From contig OZ250183.1 of the NCBI GenBank assembly GCA_965238225.1, positions 1,056,001 through 1,120,000 on the forward strand: a DNA stretch of 64,000 nucleotides, written 5' to 3'. Within the stretch, counting starts at the first letter, position 1. The number at the start of each line of letters is the position of its first letter. Both the position numbers and the translations under genes were made by a program. The notes beneath the pieces were generated by a model. That model was given only the letters and a program-made list of their open reading frames with translations. It was not told where the DNA came from and searched no databases. This DNA comes from Gammaproteobacteria bacterium (lineage in GTDB: Bacteria > Pseudomonadota > Gammaproteobacteria > Eutrophobiales > Eutrophobiaceae). This document shows, in pieces, positions 59,142-64,000 of this stretch.

Positions 59142-60683
59142 ATGCAAATTGGAATACCCGCAGAAATTTATGCAGACGAAAAACGTGTCGCGACTACGCC
59201 TGAAGTCGCAGGATGGCTGCAGAAGTTAGGATATACAGTTGCTGTAGAAACAGGCGCTGGTAAAAGAGCAAATTTCTCTGATGAATCCTATGCTAATGCG
59301 AATGTTAAAGTTATTGCGGATACAAAAACATTGTGGGAAAACTCTGACATTATTCTTAAGGTAAGGGCGCCAGAGCCCTCTGAAGTTCACTACCTAAACG
59401 CTGATAAAACACTGATTAGTTTTATTTGGCCTGCGCAAAATGAATCGTTGTTAAAACAAATGGCCAATACAGGCGCTACTGTATTAGCAATGGACAGCGT
59501 GCCACGTATCTCTCGTGCGCAAAAGATGGATGCATTAAGCTCAATGGCCAATATTGCAGGCTACCGCGCTATTGTTGAGGCAGCTCAACATTTTGGTCGT
59601 TTCTTTGCCGGGCAAATTACTGCGGCTGGTAAAATACCTCCTGCAAAAGTTATGGTAATTGGTGCAGGCGTTGCAGGTCTCTCTGCGATAGGCACTGCTA
59701 AAAGCATGGGCGCTATTGTTAGGGCGTTTGACACACGTTTAGAAGTTAAAGAGCAGGTTGAAAGTATGGATGCTGAATTTCTTGAGCTTGATTTTGAAGA
59801 AGATGGCGCAGGCGCAGGTGGTTACTCCAAACAAATGAGTGATATCTTTTTGCGCGCAGAAATGGAGCTATTTTCTAAGCAAGCCAAAGAAGTTGATATT
59901 ATCGTCACCACTGCCTTAATACCCAATAAGCGAGCCCCTAGGTTAATCTCAGAAGACATGATTAAGTCTATGCAAGACGGCAGCGTTGTGGTTGATCTCG
60001 CTGCTGAACAAGGAGGCAACTGCGAGGGCACAAAACCAGACGAAGTTGTTGTACAGCATGGTGTGGTGATGATTGGCTATACAGATTTACCCAGCCGCAT
60101 GGCAGCACAATCAAGCCAATTATACAGTACCAACTTGCGTCACATATTAACCGATATGACCCCTGAAAAAGATGGTGAGATTAACATTGACATGGAAGAC
60201 GAAGCGATACGCGGCGCTACAGTTATTAAAGCAGGAGAGATTACCTGGCCACCGCCAGAACCAAAATTATCAGTCGCAACAGCAAAACCTGTAAAAGCCC
60301 CTACAGTAGAAGTTGCAAAAACAAAGAAACCTATACTTTCACCAGCGCTAAAGCAATCCTTGCCTATGCTGATTGGTGGTTTGTTGCTTTACGGGCTAGG
60401 CGCAGTTGCGCCAAGCTCTTTCATGACACACTTTACAGTATTTGTACTTGCGTGTTTCATCGGTTATATGGTTATCTGGAATGTGTCTGCATCGCTACAC
60501 ACGCCCTTGATGAGTATTACCAACGCGATAAGTAGCATCATCGTCATTGGCGCACTGATACAGATATCCTCCACACATTCAGTTGTATTTATACTTGCGG
60601 CTATAGGCGTATTGATTGCCAGTATTAATATTACTGGTGGCTTCGCTGTCACGCGCCGTATGTTGAAAATGTTTCAAAAGTAG
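59142..60683 (+). CDS. pntA: NAD(P) transhydrogenase alpha subunit
   Basis: [41 protein letters not shown]; likely start MQIGIP at 59142. Confidence 0.98.
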   Translation: MQIGIPAEIYADEKRVATTPEVAGWLQKLGYTVAVETGAGKRANFSDESYANANVKVIADTKTLWENSDIILKVRAPEPSEVHYLNADKTLISFIWPAQNESLLKQMANTGATVLAMDSVPRISRAQKMDALSSMANIAGYRAIVEAAQHFGRFFAGQITAAGKIPPAKVMVIGAGVAGLSAIGTAKSMGAIVRAFDTRLEVKEQVESMDAEFLELDFEEDGAGAGGYSKQMSDIFLRAEMELFSKQAKEVDIIVTTALIPNKRAPRLISEDMIKSMQDGSVVVDLAAEQGGNCEGTKPDEVVVQHGVVMIGYTDLPSRMAAQSSQLYSTNLRHILTDMTPEKDGEINIDMEDEAIRGATVIKAGEITWPPPEPKLSVATAKPVKAPTVEVAKTKKPILSPALKQSLPMLIGGLLLYGLGAVAPSSFMTHFTVFVLACFIGYMVIWNVSASLHTPLMSITNAISSIIVIGALIQISSTHSVVFILAAIGVLIASINITGGFAVTRRMLKMFQK

Positions 60684-60696
60684 AAGGTGGTAGTCA

Positions 60697-62097
60697 GTGA
60701 TGTCTGAAGGAATTATCACAGTTTCATATATCGCCGCGACCATCCTCTTTATTCTCGCGTTAAGCGGACTGAGTCATCAAGAAACTGCCAGAAAAGGCAA
60801 TGCCTACGGCATGATTGGTATGGCAATTGCCATTATTGCAACCGTCGCAGCACCTAGTGTTACAAGTTATATGGAAATAGCGATAGCCATGTTTATCGGC
60901 GGAATTATAGGCTACATGCTGGCAATGAAAGTTGAAATGACTCAGATGCCAGAGCTTGTTGCGATATTGCATAGCCTAGTGGGTATGGCTGCTGTTTTAA
61001 TTGGCTATGCCACCTTTATAGATCCAAATATTCACTTTTCAACACCTGTAGAAAAAACCATTCACGAGATTGAAATTTATGTTGGCGTTTTAATAGGCAC
61101 CATAACCTTTTCTGGTTCTGTCATTGCCTTTGGAAAATTAAGCGGGAAGATTGGCAGCTCGCCATTAACGCTCCCCGCTCGTCACTGGTTAAATTTAGCC
61201 TTACTCATTGCTGCTATTTATTTTGCTTATGAATTTGTTCATCAAGCAGAAATTGGCGGTAATCCCATATTGCCATTAGTCATCATGACAGTGCTTGCAT
61301 TAATTTTCGGTATTCATATGGTCATGGCGATTGGTGGTGCAGACATGCCAGTCGTAGTTTCCATGCTCAACAGTTATTCCGGTTGGGCAGCAGCCGCAAC
61401 AGGATTTATGTTAGGCAATGACCTGCTTATTGTGACCGGTGCATTGGTCGGTAGCAGTGGTGCTATTTTGAGCTATATCATGTGTCGCGCTATGAATAGA
61501 AATTTTATCTCTGTGATTGCAGGTGGTTTTGGCACTGGTTCTGGTGTGTCTTCTGTAACAAACGAGCAAGGAGAAGTGATAGAGATAGAGACCGAAGAAG
61601 TCGTCAGTCTCTTTAAAGAAGCAAAGGAGATTATGATTATTCCAGGTTATGGAATGGCAGTGGCTCAAGCACAGCATGTCGTTAATGAAATCGTTAAAAC
61701 ATTAAAAAGCAAAAAAATCAATATACGTTTTGGAATTCACCCCGTTGCCGGACGTATGCCTGGACATATGAATGTTTTATTAGCCGAAGCGAAAGTTCCG
61801 TACGATATCGTTTTTGAAATGGATGAAATTAATGAAGATTTCCCCAATATTGATGTTACAGTCGTCATTGGCGCAAACGATATTGTCAATCCATCAGCAT
61901 TGACCGACCCCAATAGTCCAATAGCCGGTATGCCAGTATTGCAATGCTGGAAAGGTGAAACTACTATTGTGCTTAAACGTGGCATGGCTGTAGGCTATGC
62001 AGGCGTTGAAAACCCGCTTTTCTTTATGGAAAATACACGCATGTATTTTGGTGATGCGAAAGAAAGTCTTGATGCTGTTTTAAAACAATTAAATTAA
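60697..62097 (+). CDS. pntB: NAD(P) transhydrogenase beta subunit
   Basis: [37 protein letters not shown]. Confidence 0.98.
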   Translation: MMSEGIITVSYIAATILFILALSGLSHQETARKGNAYGMIGMAIAIIATVAAPSVTSYMEIAIAMFIGGIIGYMLAMKVEMTQMPELVAILHSLVGMAAVLIGYATFIDPNIHFSTPVEKTIHEIEIYVGVLIGTITFSGSVIAFGKLSGKIGSSPLTLPARHWLNLALLIAAIYFAYEFVHQAEIGGNPILPLVIMTVLALIFGIHMVMAIGGADMPVVVSMLNSYSGWAAAATGFMLGNDLLIVTGALVGSSGAILSYIMCRAMNRNFISVIAGGFGTGSGVSSVTNEQGEVIEIETEEVVSLFKEAKEIMIIPGYGMAVAQAQHVVNEIVKTLKSKKINIRFGIHPVAGRMPGHMNVLLAEAKVPYDIVFEMDEINEDFPNIDVTVVIGANDIVNPSALTDPNSPIAGMPVLQCWKGETTIVLKRGMAVGYAGVENPLFFMENTRMYFGDAKESLDAVLKQLN

Positions 62098-62113
62098 TTA
62101 AGGAAAAAATCTG

Positions 62114-62303
62114 ATGGCTAACTAAGGTTAGTACGAGCCAATTTCTGAATTAAACAATGAAACAAGAGATATGCACAGAGCAATCTCTTCTTTAATGGAA
62201 GAATTAGAAGCGGTTGACTGGTATAACACAACGTGTTGGATGTCTGTTAAGGGTGAAGAGTTAAAAGCTATTCTTGCGCATAACCCGTGACGAAGAAAAA
62301 GAA
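62114..62303 (+). pseudogene. Encapsulin-cargo-type ferritin-like protein (EncFtn) remnant
   Basis: MAN*G*YEPISELNNETRDMHRAISSLMEELEAVDWYN..ELKAILAHN/RDEEKE with stops, frameshifts and truncation; AGGA upstream. Confidence 0.88.
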
Positions 62304-62319
62304 TTTGTTTCATTGATAT

Positions 62320-63621
<1,302 letters not shown>

Positions 63622-63702
63622 CTAATTAAGTTTTTAAAGGTTTCTGAGTGTATGGCTTGGTTTTATGTGAAACCAATTTGACAATTATGATCTTAAATTT
63701 GC

Positions 63703-63999
63703 TTATATATTTCTCCCTAAGATCATGCCCAAAAAACAAGCCAATAGGCAAAGCGCGACACTCAAAAAGATATTCAAAGCAGCTTTTAATTGTTCACCGG
63801 ATTGGAATAGGTTTAATGTTTCAATAGAAAATGTTGAAAAGGTGGTAAAGGAACCTAGCAAACCTACCACTAAAGCTGCACGCCATGCAGCGCTCATATC
63901 CATGCGTTCTGCTATAAATACATAACATAAACCCATGAATAGTGAACCAAGGACATTGACTGTCAATGTCCCATAAGGGAATCCTTTGCCCAGTAGCGC
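63703..63999 (-). CDS. crcB: Fluoride efflux channel CrcB/FluC (5' part beyond window)
   Basis: GFPYGTLTVNVLGS and GLLGSFTTFSTFS motifs; frame is open to the window edge. Confidence 0.95.
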   Translation of the reverse strand, partial: ALLGKGFPYGTLTVNVLGSLFMGLCYVFIAERMDMSAAWRAALVVGLLGSFTTFSTFSIETLNLFQSGEQLKAALNIFLSVALCLLACFLGMILGRNI

Positions 64000-64000
64000 A

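Noticed and set aside
36735-62131. Stop-codon reassignment suggested by in-frame TGA/TAA/TAG in gluQ and EncFtn
   Set aside because: The same remnants also carry frameshifts and deletions, and intact genes end in all three stop codons
62128-62313. 61-aa minus-strand ORF
   Set aside because: Antisense to the EncFtn pseudogene

Overview
A low-GC gammaproteobacterial chromosome segment, mostly housekeeping genes in conserved order: holB'-tmk-mltG-pabC-fabF-acpP-fabG-fabD-fabH-plsX-rpmF, maf, S49 peptidase, rluC/rne, prfC, pdxJ-recO-era-rnc-DUF4845-lepB-lepA, mucD-rseB-rseA-rpoE, ligA-zipA-smc, queF, dksA, a B12 uptake/salvage operon divergent from metH, tRNA-Ser-yccA-pntAB, serS and crcB'. Hand translation of the intergenic DNA shows many eroded genes that the ORF track misses: yceD, nadB, gluQ (split by an internally deleted IS4), a BtuF-like binding protein, an encapsulin-type ferritin, and a MORN-repeat/trypsin fragment. 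This suggests ongoing genome reduction, as in a host-associated lineage (inference). Four features stand out. (1) A 3x270-bp tandem array between rpoE and rseA creates two intact 68-aa soluble mini-RseA ORFs, each being anti-sigma helices 1-3 fused to a diverged piece of the sigma-E C-terminus. (2) DksA is fused to seven 15-aa histone-H1-like Lys-rich repeats. (3) Back-to-back cobalamin and SAH riboswitches control btuB-DUF6580-(btuF pseudogene)-pduO and metH. (4) A ~10.5-kb, roughly 29-Ig-domain autotransporter adhesin lies next to tRNA-Ser; its frameshifts are probably repeat-consensus errors. All family assignments come from motif recognition by eye; no searches were run.
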